A stretch of DNA of 64,000 bases. Origin: Octopus sinensis. Its lineage: Eukaryota. The stretch spans positions 9,920,001-9,984,000 of the forward strand of contig NC_043006.1 of NCBI RefSeq assembly GCF_006345805.1. Direction: 5' to 3'. Shown here in pieces: positions 13,722-28,091 of the stretch. A model generated the notes under the pieces. The model was not told the DNA's origin. It worked only from the letters and a program-made list of their open reading frames with translations, and did no database searches. How positions within the stretch are numbered: the first letter of the stretch is position 1; each line of letters begins with the position of its first letter. The position numbers and the translations under genes are program-made.

Positions 13722-14510
13722 ATTTTAGAGAACAGTTTAGGAGGATTTAGCCATGCGGTTATAAACACCTAATTAGAGAAAATAGCTGCTGAGGTTTATG
13801 CTGCTTATGACAACTAGAGTAGCTTCACTATGTTACCTAAGCATGAGCCTGCAAATTTATTCTGATGTATAATTCGAATCGTATACACTGTCAATGGGTT
13901 CATATATACATATGCATACATATGCATACATGTTATTACGCATATGACTGAGTTTATATGCAACTTTGTCAGCGTACAATGTATGAAGCCCATTTTCGTT
14001 CTGAACATGTTATTGAAAGTGTTATTACGGAGATATTTGAGATCGTTCAGCAAACCTTTATAGTGTTTGCATTTCGATTGAGATCAATAATTTACCAAAC
14101 ACCGCTGACAGTTTATTACATTCCATGTCATCATCAAATGGCATTTTAATTATTTAATGCGTTTCATTATGGTCATTTTATAGCTATAAGATTGGTGTAA
14201 AGCTACTTTACATTCGGTAAGGTATTAGACACTATCTCGGCAGTTGATATTCTGGACACTTTAAGTTTAAAGTTAAAGCCTTGCTGACAGCGAATAGAAG
14301 ATTCAGTTTCCCGTTTTTGCTAATATAAGTATCAAGAAATTTAGACATAACTTTTAATTTGACTAAATTGTTAGTCATTATTACTTTGATTTTTTGTTTT
14401 ACAATATTAGCTACTTTGCATGAGGTGGGAATAGTTTGATCCTTATGGTATTGTTTTTACATTCTCTCTCAATCCCCAGTTCGTGTATTATTCAGTTTGG
14501 ATATATATAT

Positions 14511-14558
<48 letters not shown>

Positions 14559-14602
14559 ATATTATATATATATATATATATATAATATATATATATATAT
14601 AT

Positions 14603-14645
<43 letters not shown>

Positions 14646-15843
14646 TATATATATATATATATTTATTGTCACTTATGTGATATTTTGTTCTGCTGGGGAT
14701 GAGGTTATATTTAAAGTATGCATTATTGTTATTTGTCATAAGCGCAGATGTATGAAAGGATCTAATCTAGGCAGTACTTGGAAGAATAATTTCGCCTCAG
14801 GTGCAAAACTCTCTTTCAATATTATGGCAATATGAATTCAGTTAATGCACTCAGGTCCTCCTATTTAAATTAGTTACACTGTATATACATCTCTAAATAT
14901 TTTTCCCAATAATAGTATTATTCCCAATAATGTGTATGCAATTCGGTGCTACAATGAATAATTTTATTTTTCATAAAGTGCTCTGTAAAGAAAATGATTA
15001 TAAATGACACGCGTCTATATATACTTTCAAATGCCTCAAAAGGAAATAGTCATGGAAGCCATGCTATATTTCTGTGTCATATAGATATGGTACATAATAA
15101 ACTACTAAACAGCTGCCCAAAGGCTGGGGTTTTAGCAGAATCTATTAAATTTCTCCAAAACACGTTTGAGAAGTAAATTGAATGATGTTCTCTGATTTCC
15201 TGCACACAAAGTAGTGCGTCCCTGAGAGATACTTCCTCAAAACGCATAACGCAGTATTATGGATATATACGTTAAGTAGTATATTCAGTACCATCGATAA
15301 TGATATTGGTCCCAATTCTAATAACTATGAATTCTTAATTATTCTTACAATTATTCTTAATTAGTCTTACAATAACATACGCCGTTTCTCATTAAATCTG
15401 GATACATATGAGACTATAAATATACAAATGTAAATAGTTATTAGTTTGCATTCAGCTGAAGAGATATATCATATGTACCTCCGAGAAGAGCAAAAGTGGG
15501 CTTGCGGACTAGTTCGTGGCAAATACCTCAAATGTAATAACAACAAAGGACTTGTTTTTGCAAGGCATAGCTTCCCTGGTACTCTTATGTTTCCATGTAA
15601 GAATTTTCTCTCTGTCTCTCACTCCATTTCTCTCTTCATTGATGGTTCAATTTAAGATAATTATTTTCTGTCTTGAGTTAGTCAGCAGCGATGACTTCAA
15701 AGAAGGAGAAAATAGTACATTAATGGGTCCAAAGACCACAACAAGAGAAAATGAGTAATTTCTTATATTTTATATAAATAAAAATAAACGAAATCATTAA
15801 TTGACCTTTTAGTCATGAATAAAGTATACTAATAATAATGATG

Positions 15844-15911
<68 letters not shown>

Positions 15912-15912
<1 letters not shown>

Positions 15913-16130
15913 GTCGGAGCCCAAGCAACAGTGATTAAAAATCTTGAGAAGAACATGGAAAATAGTAGCTGCAATAAGGGTGGAGCACTCGCAGAAAACA
16001 GCACTGCTTCCAAAAGTTCGAATACTTCGGCAGGTGCTTAAAACATATGTGTTATCTTAGTTCATTGGTAGTGAACAGCTGACACCGTAGTACATCTCCA
16101 GCGTTGGAAGCTGTGCAAAGGCAATAACAA
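15912..16130 (+). mobile_element. 3' end of a second RLE-type (Dong-like) LINE family between (TAA)n runs
   Basis: Degenerate translation VGA..TVIKNLEK...QKTALL....ILRQVL, typical of the RLE C-terminus. Flanked by (TAA)n on both sides. Confidence 0.6.
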
Positions 16131-16144
16131 TTACATTAATAATG

Positions 16145-16208
<64 letters not shown>

Positions 16209-16233
16209 GAAGAAGAAGAAAAGAAGAAGAAGA

Positions 16234-16939
16234 AGAAATTACCAAAAACATGTAATGAAAAGAAATATTACAAGTAACTGCAGAATATGTGGAGATGGAC
16301 AAGAAACAATAAATCATATTATCTCTAGCTGCCCAGTCCTGGCTAAGAAGGAATATATTCACAGACATGACAGAGGTGGAACCTACATACATTGGAAGCT
16401 ATGCCAACATTATGGAATAACACAGAAAAAAGATGGTATAGGCACACACCAGAAAAGGTCACAGAAAACGAGAAAGCAACCATACTCTGGGATATACCGA
16501 TACACACAGATAGAGAAATTAAGGCCAACAGACCAGATATAGTTATCAGAGATAAGAAGACAAAAAAATGCTTCTAATTGATGTATCAATACGGCAGATG
16601 ACAACGTGTCTCTAAAAGAAATGGAGAAACTCTCAAAATACAAAGACTTGGAAATAGAGGTAACTAGAATGTGGAATCTGAAAACAGAAACAATTCCTAT
16701 CATAGTAGGTGCATTAGGTATGATAAAAAAATATTCAGACAAATACATAACAAAAACACCAGGACTTACAAACACATATAACATATAGACAATTGCACTA
16801 CTAGGCACTGCACACATCCTACGCAGAACACTTTCCATACAATAACCATCAGAGCATCACAACAAATCACAGCACATACCCAAGGCACACAGAGCTGCGC
16901 TCGGTAGTGAAATAAAAGCACGCTATAACAATAAAACTA

Positions 16940-16942
<3 letters not shown>
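16234..16942 (+). mobile_element. 5'-truncated R4/Dong-like LINE (CCHC knuckle, restriction-like endonuclease, 3' UTR), frameshifted
   Basis: CRICGDGQETINHIISSC, RHD, NRPDIVI, EKLSKYKDL, IPIIVGALG. The 3' end aataaaactactg runs into (AAT)n. Near-identical to 59191-59952. Confidence 0.93.
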
Positions 16943-16980
<38 letters not shown>

Positions 16981-16994
16981 TAATAATGATGATG

Positions 16995-17041
<47 letters not shown>

Positions 17042-17119
17042 TATTTATATTATTATTATTATTGTCATTCTTCTTATTCTTATTCTTATTCTTATTCTTG
17101 TTTTTCTCTTCTTCTTATC

Positions 17120-17400
17120 ATTATTATTATTATCAAAATAATTGTGTATGGTGTTTAGGTGTACTACAACGCATCAAGGTGAATGTATAGTACATGTCAG
17201 GAAGGTGAAAAGTGTATGAGTCATGGTATACATGCGTGCAAGCGTATGGAGTGGAGGATATCAGGTGTAGTGTTGACGAATTTCAGAGAGCTTGGAGGTT
17301 GTAAGGGAGGCAATAACTCGGCAGCTAAGAGCTGATGCAGGTAGTTTCTGCCCTAAGAATTCTCTCTCCCGGGAGATGACATATCTCCCGACGAGGTTAA
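17120..17400 (-). mobile_element. Probable degenerate LINE 3' fragment
   Basis: Higher-complexity segment adjoining a (TTA)/(TTC) tail on the minus strand. Only weak motif support. Confidence 0.3.
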
Positions 17401-17588
17401 ACCGCACACACACACAAATACACACACATATTCACGCGCACACACAGTCACACATACACTCACACACAAACAAGCACACGCACATACATATATGCATATA
17501 TATACTACATACATACATACATATATATATGTATATATATATATATATATATCTATATATATATATATAAAAGTACACACACACACAC

Positions 17589-17641
<53 letters not shown>

Positions 17642-17681
17642 CTATATATATATATATATCCTATTTCTATATATATATATA

Positions 17682-17728
<47 letters not shown>

Positions 17729-17828
17729 TATATATAAACAAGTGTTTTCTACTGCAGTTTCAAAATCATTTTGAGTGGATTTGGTAAACGGAAACTGAAA
17801 GAAGCATGTAGTGTATATGTGTCATGTA

Positions 17829-17861
<33 letters not shown>

Positions 17862-18414
17862 ACAACTGTGTGTGAGTGTTTATGTGTCTGCTTTTGTCTG
17901 TTCATATGCGTATGTACATATGGGTTAGTTTTATGTTGGACATTACACTTTGCAATAAATCTCTTCATGCAACGTGAACGAACACAGAAATACTATTCCA
18001 TTACAGAACACGTGGTGTGAAACGGCGAACGGTCATTAAGTATTTTAGAAGTACATAAGACCCAAGAAACGATATCTGTTGCTTTCATCTTCGGAATATT
18101 GACCGCAGCAACGTCAATGAAATGAGATGAAGAAGCTAATGATTAATATCAGAACAATTTAGCATATGACACTTTGCAGAATGGTGATTAAGACCAGTGT
18201 CCTTGTATGAACGATATATAAATCGTAAGCGAATATGTAAGCACACATACATACATGTATATGTGTGTATACATATATATATATATATATATATTTGTGC
18301 GTATATATATACATATATATATATATATGTGTGTGTATACAAACATCTACATACATGTATATGTGTGTAAACATATATATATTTGTGCACATATATATAT
18401 ATATTTGTGCATAT

Positions 18415-18449
<35 letters not shown>

Positions 18450-18532
18450 GCATATATATATATATATATTTGTGCATATATATATATATTTGTGCTTATA
18501 TATACATATATATATCTTTATATATTTGTATG

Positions 18533-18572
<40 letters not shown>

Positions 18573-19102
18573 TTCATATATATGTATGTGTGAATGCACT
18601 CTCGTGTGCGTGCGTGAGAATGTGTTTTTGCCTGTGCGACTGTGTGTAGGTACGTATGTCTTATGAGTCTTATGAAGACTACATGATACATCAAAGGATA
18701 TGGTATTGAAGATTAAGAATAATTTCAAGGGTTTTGACGTATAGCTGATGCTGAAGTTAGCAATCGATGCATAGAGCGTAGCTAAATACACTCGATAAAA
18801 GAGTGGCCGAAAATCTCAATAAAACGTAAACGATGACAGGCGTGACAATTTGATAGGAACTGGAATACAAAACATTCCTTTTGCAAGAACATTCCGATGA
18901 AATGTAAAGTTCAGAGAGCATAGCAGTAATAAATCTCCAGTAATCTATATGTTCTTGTTCACAGGACACTAGTGTCTTATGTAGCAAATACGATCAATAG
19001 AAAACATATTCACACTTTGATCTATGTAACAAAACCATTACTTTTTGAAGCCTACACACGCCGGTTGCTCCGAGCTAAAATCGTTTCCTTCTGGTGTTTC
19101 TG

Positions 19103-19187
<85 letters not shown>

Positions 19188-20075
19188 ATTTATATATATA
19201 TATACTTTGTTCCAACACGTACAAAAATATTATATACACGTATGCAAAAGCACACGCAAATATACGTGTATCTGTGTCATATGTATATATATATATATAT
19301 ATCAAAGCAGTTGGCCAATTCGTTTATGTGTACATATGTATATGAACGAATACGCATGTGTATACATGTTTGTATGGGCGTGTATGTGTGCGTGTGCACA
19401 CGTATGTTTGTTCATTAATATGTGCTTGTGCATGTGTCTATATGTGGGCGTGCGCGTTCGCGCTTATATACAGATGCGCACGCTTGCGCCAATACAGACA
19501 TGCACGCAAAACCTACGAGGGCGTCTACACAATTACATATGCAACTATGCATATATATATATATATATATGCACAAACCACCCCTTCCTACTTGCCATCC
19601 AATGACCCAACCGATTTGTAGTCCACGACACGGTCGATTTCCTGCTCATCATGCGGGATTTCCCAAATAACTGTTACCGATATACCAACATCAAACAACG
19701 ACACGCATGACCTTCTTTGACCAATCTCAATTCACCTTACGGAAATAACAATCAGTTTCTTTCATTCAAATTCAAATTGGCCACAGACTAGCATCACTCT
19801 TGAAACTCATGTGTGCCAACGATTTTCAATCACACTGTTTGATCCATACATGTAACTATATAACTTACAATAAATTTGATGAGTGCCCTTCTTTTGTTTG
19901 TCCAGTCACTCGAATATATTGATATATATATAATATAATATATTTAATATATCCTAATATATCAATATATTCTTATAATATCTTATTGCATGTTACTATA
20001 CACTTTAACTCGTTTGAATTTTAGCGCTCAATTTTCAGCGTTTTTTTGTCTTTTTCTCCCGGAGTAATTGTGGAA

Positions 20076-20131
20076 ACCTCTGACGAGAAAAAAGATCTCA
20101 TTGATCAAATTTCGAAATCACATGGTAAGAT
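20076..20131 (+). ncRNA. Degenerate hammerhead-like motif
   Basis: CTGACGA-gaaa..gatc-tcatt-gatc..tttc-GAAA-tcacatgg-TA. Helix I and helix III are imperfect. Confidence 0.4.
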
Positions 20132-22846
20132 TTTAACAAACTATTCATTCTGTGTAGCTCCTGACCTAGTCAACTCGAAATACCTGTGCCTTGGGTCGCA
20201 GTTTGATACAAGAATGACAGATCATTTATCAAAAAGTTTAATGACGTTTATTTAACTTTGCGTATGTGAGAATGTGTGGATACTGACGCAAATAATGTTT
20301 TTCTTTATTGTAATTTTTTTTACTTAATCGTCTTATTTTTCTCAATTATTCCCTGTCTGTGTCTATAAAGGTGTAACAGAATCCCTCCCTTTCTCGCCGT
20401 TTCTGTGCAATGGTTTAAACATACTGGCACGAACAACATGGTTTATTAAAACAGAGTTTGTTTGACGCGACACCCAAGATTCGTCTAGATCGAGGTATGC
20501 ACCACAATCACTTGCATAGTACCACGCTCATAAGGGATCGATGGTAGGTGGGCTGAAACGATCGTTGGCAACACTATAGTTTTTATCATTAATTATATGT
20601 GTCTGTGCACGCGTGTATTATTTCGCATGCGCCGTGTGTATATATATATATATAACGTATTGTCAAAGAAAAAGAGATTCCTACCGCCATCATAACGGCT
20701 GTATATCTTTAATCTTAGGCGAAGAGACAGGAGTGTGTAATCTTTTCGAACGTATATCAATGTATCTAACCTTACCTGGAGCATGTTTGTAATTAGTTGA
20801 GTTGCACTGTTGAAAGATAAATCAACTTCATATGCATCATATAATCTATGTTAGGATATCAACATACTTACAGTTAACATTTCATTTAATTGGTCGTCCC
20901 TGTGATTTATCTGATGTAGTGTACTTTGATTTTACATCAGTACCCTTTTTATTGGAAATAAAATGGCATCGGGTTTCGTTTTTGACAGATCTCAGTTCTC
21001 ACAACAAAAAATGAAGACAGGAAATGTGATTGTAGCAAATGTGTAAGTAGATACAATTATCCTTATATTTAGCATATATTCTATATTCTGAATGTATAAT
21101 TTAGATAAAAAGTGATAATGCTTACACAAAGTTCCCTTAGCTATATTTTATTTAAGAGCAGGCGCCTACACACAAGAATATTCAATCACTTAGATATTAA
21201 AGTAACCTATTTCGCGAACCATTTGTCCTGGAAACTGCTGAGTAGATAGCAGTGTTAGAATAACCACATTCGGAATATAAGCAATAAGATTCATAAATGC
21301 AATTGTTCATTTCTTTCGTTTGCCATTCTCCTAATTTCACAATTCTATTCCTATGACTAAATCCAACTTAGTGACTGTAGTTATTGTAAGAGCGTTATAA
21401 TAATCACGCCACTTAAAGAAATACTCAACTCTATGAACGGTCTACTTTAGCTTAATTTGCCTATTTATCCGCACAAAGCAAATATAATACTTCTATAAAG
21501 CGCCCTATTGTTAAAGTCATCAGCTGACTATACGAACATTGTACTGGATAAATCCAATAACATTTTTATTTCTTGTTACCATGTCACAACCCCTCTATTC
21601 TTATCATATTCTGCAATTGAGGTAAAATAAGAAAAAGCTACATATGTGAATGTTTCTGACTGGATTTTATACATTTATTTTTTTAGCACTTGGCGTTTTC
21701 TATTTAGAAGAGCAAGGAGAAATAATTCCTAAAATTTGATGGAACAACGTTAAAAGAAACTACTTTCGGAAATTTTCCATCCAAAGTATCTAACCATCAA
21801 ATATTTTACTTCAAATAAAATATATGAGAGAAAGGTTATTTAGTAGATCTTCACGTTTTATTACTGGCAATTTTACAATTTTACAATATTGAAATAAACT
21901 AGTTCATTCAGGCTATACGCAGTCATCAGGTGCATGCGGATACAGTCGTGTTCCACAACTGTAGGGGAATGGTAGGATTTACCCCTAAATTACCTCCGAT
22001 GCCCAGGTGTCCTTTTTCATGAGTAACGTAGAAAATGTGTAATTTCTAGCAACGCTTAGAAATATAAAAATTTAAAGAAAGCAATTGTGAGGAAAGGTGG
22101 GGAAAGGAACGAAGCGGGCAGTGAGATGGTAGGAATTGTTAAGTAATGAAAAGAGGGTATTACTTGACAAAGCCCAAGCATAAAGATGAAGTTAATAGCT
22201 TGTCGAAGAAATATTGCTGTCAGTTCAAAATAGCGGATTAACCGAGATAGTAGTTCACAGCCCAGATGAAGCAGTTAAGAGGCACAGTTGCTAGGGACGT
22301 AATGGCGTGGAAAATCAGCGTTGTGTTAAGGTAAGAAGCTATTGTGATTCAAAGAGAAGTTTAGCAAAGAAGATTAAAAATTATATTCATATTACATAAT
22401 TAGCAAAGGCATTTTTTAAGTATCATTTTTGTGCATTTCAGAACGTCGCGTAATATACGATAGAAAATACATCCCTTGCGACAAGCCTTTGTCTCTGGTT
22501 GAATGTGTATAGAGTGTTAGCGTGGAATTTTACTGGCCGGTGAGATAGAAATGTGGTACGTTTCACGAAGAAATAATTATTTATGCCCGCCAAATTTTGT
22601 CGTATGTCGGGGAAGTTCAATTATAATATCAGGTAATATTTGCACTGACCAAAGACTGGGATTTATGTGATCAGTGTACAGAAGGGAACTGATCATATGT
22701 GAATTACTGTTGAGCGTAATGCAGCCTGATAATATAGCTGATCAGAGTTTATTACACAATACGTTAACAATAAGTTAAATTTTGAATATTAATATAATTC
22801 CATGCGTCTGTAGGTGGATTCTGATGTGGTGTAGTAATATTTATAT

Positions 22847-22904
<58 letters not shown>

Positions 22905-22905
22905 A

Positions 22906-22952
<47 letters not shown>

Positions 22953-22959
22953 TATATAT

Positions 22960-23006
<47 letters not shown>

Positions 23007-23009
23007 TAA

Positions 23010-23060
<51 letters not shown>

Positions 23061-23063
23061 CGT

Positions 23064-23095
<32 letters not shown>

Positions 23096-23256
23096 CCGTA
23101 CATAGCTAAATACCAACACACATACACATTGCAAACATAATAGATATGTACATAGATACACACACGATCGCGAGCGCACACAATCTCACACACATTCAGA
23201 GAGGGTCAGTCACATACATATGTGTGTGACTTTCTCTCTCTGAACGTGTGTGTGTG

Positions 23257-23294
<38 letters not shown>

Positions 23295-24311
23295 CGCGCG
23301 TGCGTGTAAACAGAATTATTAACGAATAAATTCTACTGGAATTCAATACGCGCAGCCAAGCATTAGATAATATTTTAGAATGAGGGAATAAAGCAGAAAT
23401 CTAACTTCTATATAATATGTGAATGACATAATGTGCCCATTTCAGCGAATGCAATAATTACACAGGATAATATTTCTCACTGTGTGAAATCGTCTAATCT
23501 ATAGCATAAGTATTATTATATTCATATCATTTAAACTGATAGAAGAAAATTAAAATATATTTCATTATATTATAAATCAGACTTATTTGATTTAACTGTG
23601 TTGATATTGAACACATTTCATTAAAATCTGTTTGTTCTTTATATAGGATATAATATTTATGTAAAATGATTTCCTGACTGTTGAAAATTGTGTTGATACA
23701 TTAATCAAAAATTTTAATATGCTATTATTACATGGTTAGTTACCACACTTCATGTCTATGCAAATAAGAGATTTTTCATATTTATAGCAAATTAGTTCTC
23801 GCTTGATGAGTTTACATCTCATGATGATATATTTAGTTTTATAAATAAAACTGGATCTGACTATTAATATATAAATATAACAGTTCAGGAAAAACTAACA
23901 AATTATTCACTTCTTATGGTAATTTCAACAACGATTACTGATACATCAACCAGGAAGTGTGTCAGATCAATTTAATAGGACGACAGACGTATATTGTGCA
24001 AGAATTAGTGAAAATATTTCTATTCTCGTTTGGAACCAAATCATTTCCTCTATATACTTCCTGTTTCTTGGACGAATCATTGCTGTAAAATATTTCTTCG
24101 TGTGTCTAAAACACGTGGATCATTGAAACATTTCAAACGAAGTTAAAGAAAATTTGGCTCATTTTCACCACGTCACAATATTATAAAATGTATGATAAAG
24201 CAATTAAAACTATACTACTCTTTAGTAATAATTTATGCATAAAAGATCTCGCAGTAATAGGTATCAAGCAGCATCTAGAAATGTGTATCGTGATCATTAC
24301 TCTTTTGATTT

Positions 24312-24389
<78 letters not shown>

Positions 24390-24769
24390 CTTTTTCATTA
24401 TCAAAGCTGCAAGAACACAACTGGCAGACGAGCGGGAACATGATGAAACACTGAGTAGTAGTTTCTTGTGATGCACTTGCAGCTTAAATAATAAGATACC
24501 TCCAGTATTATATTTTCCACCTTGTTTGCATTTAGCTGCTTACGCGTATATATACAAATTTAATTAGAGGATACATTACATTCGTAAAGGGATAACGGAA
24601 TGATTACATCGCAGAAAACACTGATTCTTTACCTACTATTCATGGGAAATATAATTCCCCTAAATCAATAGGTGTATATTATGCATATAATCCGAATTCA
24701 GTTAATAAAAGAAAAGAAAATGGAGAGTTAAAAGTTAATAATTATTTATTGCTAGATTGATAATTCTTA

Positions 24770-24867
24770 TTTCCAACAGCTGTTTCCATTTGTACTCATT
24801 AAATAAATAACTAATTTATGCTTTAAATTTGCATTTATGAGATATAAGCAAACTATCATCAGGGAAA
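24770..24867 (-). ncRNA. Type I hammerhead ribozyme motif (PLE pLTR-like)
   Basis: Minus strand: tttcc-CTGATGA-[long imperfect helix II]-GAAA-cagctg-TT-ggaaa. Helix I tttcc/ggaaa, palindromic helix III. Confidence 0.7.
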
Positions 24868-25604
24868 AAGATACACAATAAAAGATTACATGTTGACCTC
24901 TTAGTTCATATCCGCGGGATAACTATATGGAGTTGTAAAGTAAAAGTTATTAATATTTACTTAGGTATAAATATAGAAAGACTGTTCTATTCGTAATAGA
25001 TAGAAATTTGTTACCTTATGTCACCTCAATTAGTGTTAATACAAATAGTTACGAACCCATTCAATACGCAGTGATTAAGTTAATCTCAGTAAATTAGTTA
25101 ATAATTGTTATTAATTATTGTTTAGGATGTTGTTAGAACTTTGGTTAATTTACGGTACTGAAGTCGAATATATTACGTATCGTAAATGGCGTAATCAATA
25201 AGAGTTATCTGAAGTAGTGGTTGTAGATATAGTTACGAAATATTTTCAATAACGCTAGTCTGTAATATCAATAGGTAATATGACTCCTAAATGCTAGAGG
25301 ATATTATATGAAGTGTGTGTTAATAGTTTAATATTACCCTATATTATAAGTATAAAGTGTACTTAGAGAAAACATATTTCGCTGAATAATGACAAGATAT
25401 ATATTTTTCAAGATATCAGGGTTTTAATACGCTTCTTCAGAACTCAAATCAAATCTTTTGTTGGAGATTGTATATGACTTTGCAAAGCTAACCATCTCCC
25501 ATTTGATATTAGATTCAATATTATCATCCTTTAATTCTCATATGAACTTATTTAATCCGGTAGAATTCTTTTTTTTTTGTCTTATCTTAAACTCTGTTTT
25601 CTTA

Positions 25605-26058
25605 TTTCTTTATGGTCCATAAGTGGCTAGACATAGAGGGGACAAACAAGGACAGACAAACGGATTAAGTCGATTACATCGACCCCACTGCGTAACTGGT
25701 ACTAGGCCTAAAATTTTGGGGTGAGGTATAGTCAATCACATTGGCCCCTGTGCTTATCTGGTACTGAAAATCAAAGTCGACCTCGGTGGTATTTGAACTC
25801 AGAACGTAAAGACAGACGAAATGCCTATTTCTTTACTACTCACAAGGGGCTAAACACAGAGGAGACAAAGAAGGACAGACAAACGGATTAAGTCAATTAT
25901 ATCGACCCCAGTGCGTAACTGGTCCTTAATTCATCGACCCCAAATGGACGAAAGGCAAAGTCGACCTCGGCGGAATTTGAACTCAGAAAGTAGCGGCAGA
26001 CGAAATGCCGATAAGCATTTCGCCCTGCGTGCCAATGTCTCTGCCACCTCACCGCCTT
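25605..26058 (-). mobile_element. SINE family A, composite/dimeric copy
   Basis: Reverse complement of the 5128 family (gaatttgaactcagaa, gtcgacctcggcgg, ggacagacaaacggattaagtc twice). Confidence 0.88.
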
Positions 26059-26857
26059 AAAACTCTGCTTTCTGTTGACCCTATATATTGGAATTTCTTT
26101 CCTTGAGATTCAACTATACCTTGGTAAAGTAAGTTATCTTTCTTGCATAATTTTTGTAATTTACGATTAATTTCAACATTACAGGCGCAGGTTTCATAAT
26201 ATTATTCAAATTATTATTAGGAACATATATGATATGGGTTATTTCCCTCTTATCATTAAGGCATATATAATCAATATATATATGGTTTCGGCAATATGAC
26301 TTGTAGTCCTGTTAATGAACTAAAATATGACAGATGCATTCAAATAACCTACCTGCTCTAGCGATGCCATGGTTAATACAGGAGATTGGAGTCTGGCAAA
26401 ATGTATAAGAGTTAAACAGCGTACCACTGTAGTTTATGCCATATCATATGTCTATAATCCGAATGAATATGTCAATTCGACAATATTTCTAAAGCATATT
26501 GCAATTAAATAAATTCATTTTTTAATCTCTAGGGAATGTTGTTTTGGTCTCATGCTTTTGGGCTGCTCGGTTTTAGCACTTCAATTTGCAATTCAGAGAA
26601 AACATGCAACATGTAATAAATTGTCTTGTGATATAAATATACCCAGAATTTTGCAATCATGTAATGGATTTTACAGCGGTTTCATGTAAATTTTCCGATT
26701 TGTTGTTTATATTCAAGCACATAGCTTAGAGTGAAATAGCCTGCAGATCATTTCACGGTACGAGGGAATAAACCAGAAGCTACTAAAAGGTTTCAAATAT
26801 ATATGCCCGGAAAAGAAACCTTAGTGTGATACACATGCAATCATAGATGTATGTATG

Positions 26858-26947
<90 letters not shown>

Positions 26948-26975
26948 CATCTATCTATCTATTTATCTATCTGTA

Positions 26976-27043
<68 letters not shown>

Positions 27044-27062
27044 AATCTATCTATCTATCTAC

Positions 27063-27110
<48 letters not shown>

Positions 27111-27162
27111 ATCTATCTATCTATCTATCTATATCTATATCTATATCTATCTATCTATATAT
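26858..27162. repeat. (TATC)n microsatellite
   Basis: Direct reading. Confidence 0.95.
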
Positions 27163-27164
27163 CT

Positions 27165-27437
27165 GTGACCAGCTTCGGTCATGACACATACCATGGGACT
27201 GTACCTACCCTCCGAGGCACAGTTCCGGGCAAGGTTGTTTATGGAAGAGCAGCAGTCGCTCATGCATACAGGTCTCCCCTCTCCATGCCACCAGTGTTAT
27301 CCAAGGGAAAAGCAAAAAGGCCGATACAGCTTGGCATCAGTGACGTCGCAAAAGCTGAGTGAAATAAAGTGTCTTGCTCAAGAACACAACACACAGCCCG
27401 GACCGGGATTCGAGCTCACAACCACGCGATCGTAAAC

Positions 27438-27440
<3 letters not shown>
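27165..27440 (-). mobile_element. tRNA-derived SINE, additional family, partial
   Basis: Minus strand has a B-box-like gagctcgaatccc followed by gtgttcttgagcaagacacttta (CORE/V-like segment). Confidence 0.6.
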
Positions 27441-27488
<48 letters not shown>

Positions 27489-27794
27489 GTATAATAGGGA
27501 TGACCACTAAGTGGACATCAATATGCTAGAAGAATATCACCTACGATCTAACCACAAATAAAAAGAATGTTCTCTAGAAAAATTCAGCAAACACCAGAAC
27601 ATAAGAGAGTAAGACAGATGAAAATATACAAAATACAGAATTAATCGTATGTATTACAATTTTTCTGAACTTTCAGATTTTTTTACATGCTAGGCTACTA
27701 GTTTTAAATTGATATGAATTAAATTAATATTCAGTTTATCACCCACATTATTTAAATATATATATATATATGCATATATATATACATATATAGA

Positions 27795-27860
<66 letters not shown>

Positions 27861-28040
27861 ATATGTATGTATATTTACCGGAGTAAGCACATAAATGTGG
27901 AACAAGGTGGAAAAAAGAGTACTCAAATACCAGAGGCAAAGTAATATGCTTTATTTAAAAGCAGCGGAAATATAATAAAGGCTGTTAAAACTCTGAGTAA
28001 CAGCTTTTGTTATATTATTACTGCTTTTAAATAAAGTGTG

Positions 28041-28091
<51 letters not shown>

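Noticed and set aside
15446-15655. Possible exon AEEIYHMYLREEQKWACGL...
   Set aside because: No recognisable homology, weak donor site, no partner exons.
20905-20945. DVVYFDF, resembling a CR1 RT motif
   Set aside because: Too short, with no neighbouring RT motifs.
21510-21935. Isolated CTGATGA motifs on the minus strand (~21518, ~21926), also 43511 on the plus strand
   Set aside because: No properly placed GAAA/UH or helix I pairing; likely chance.
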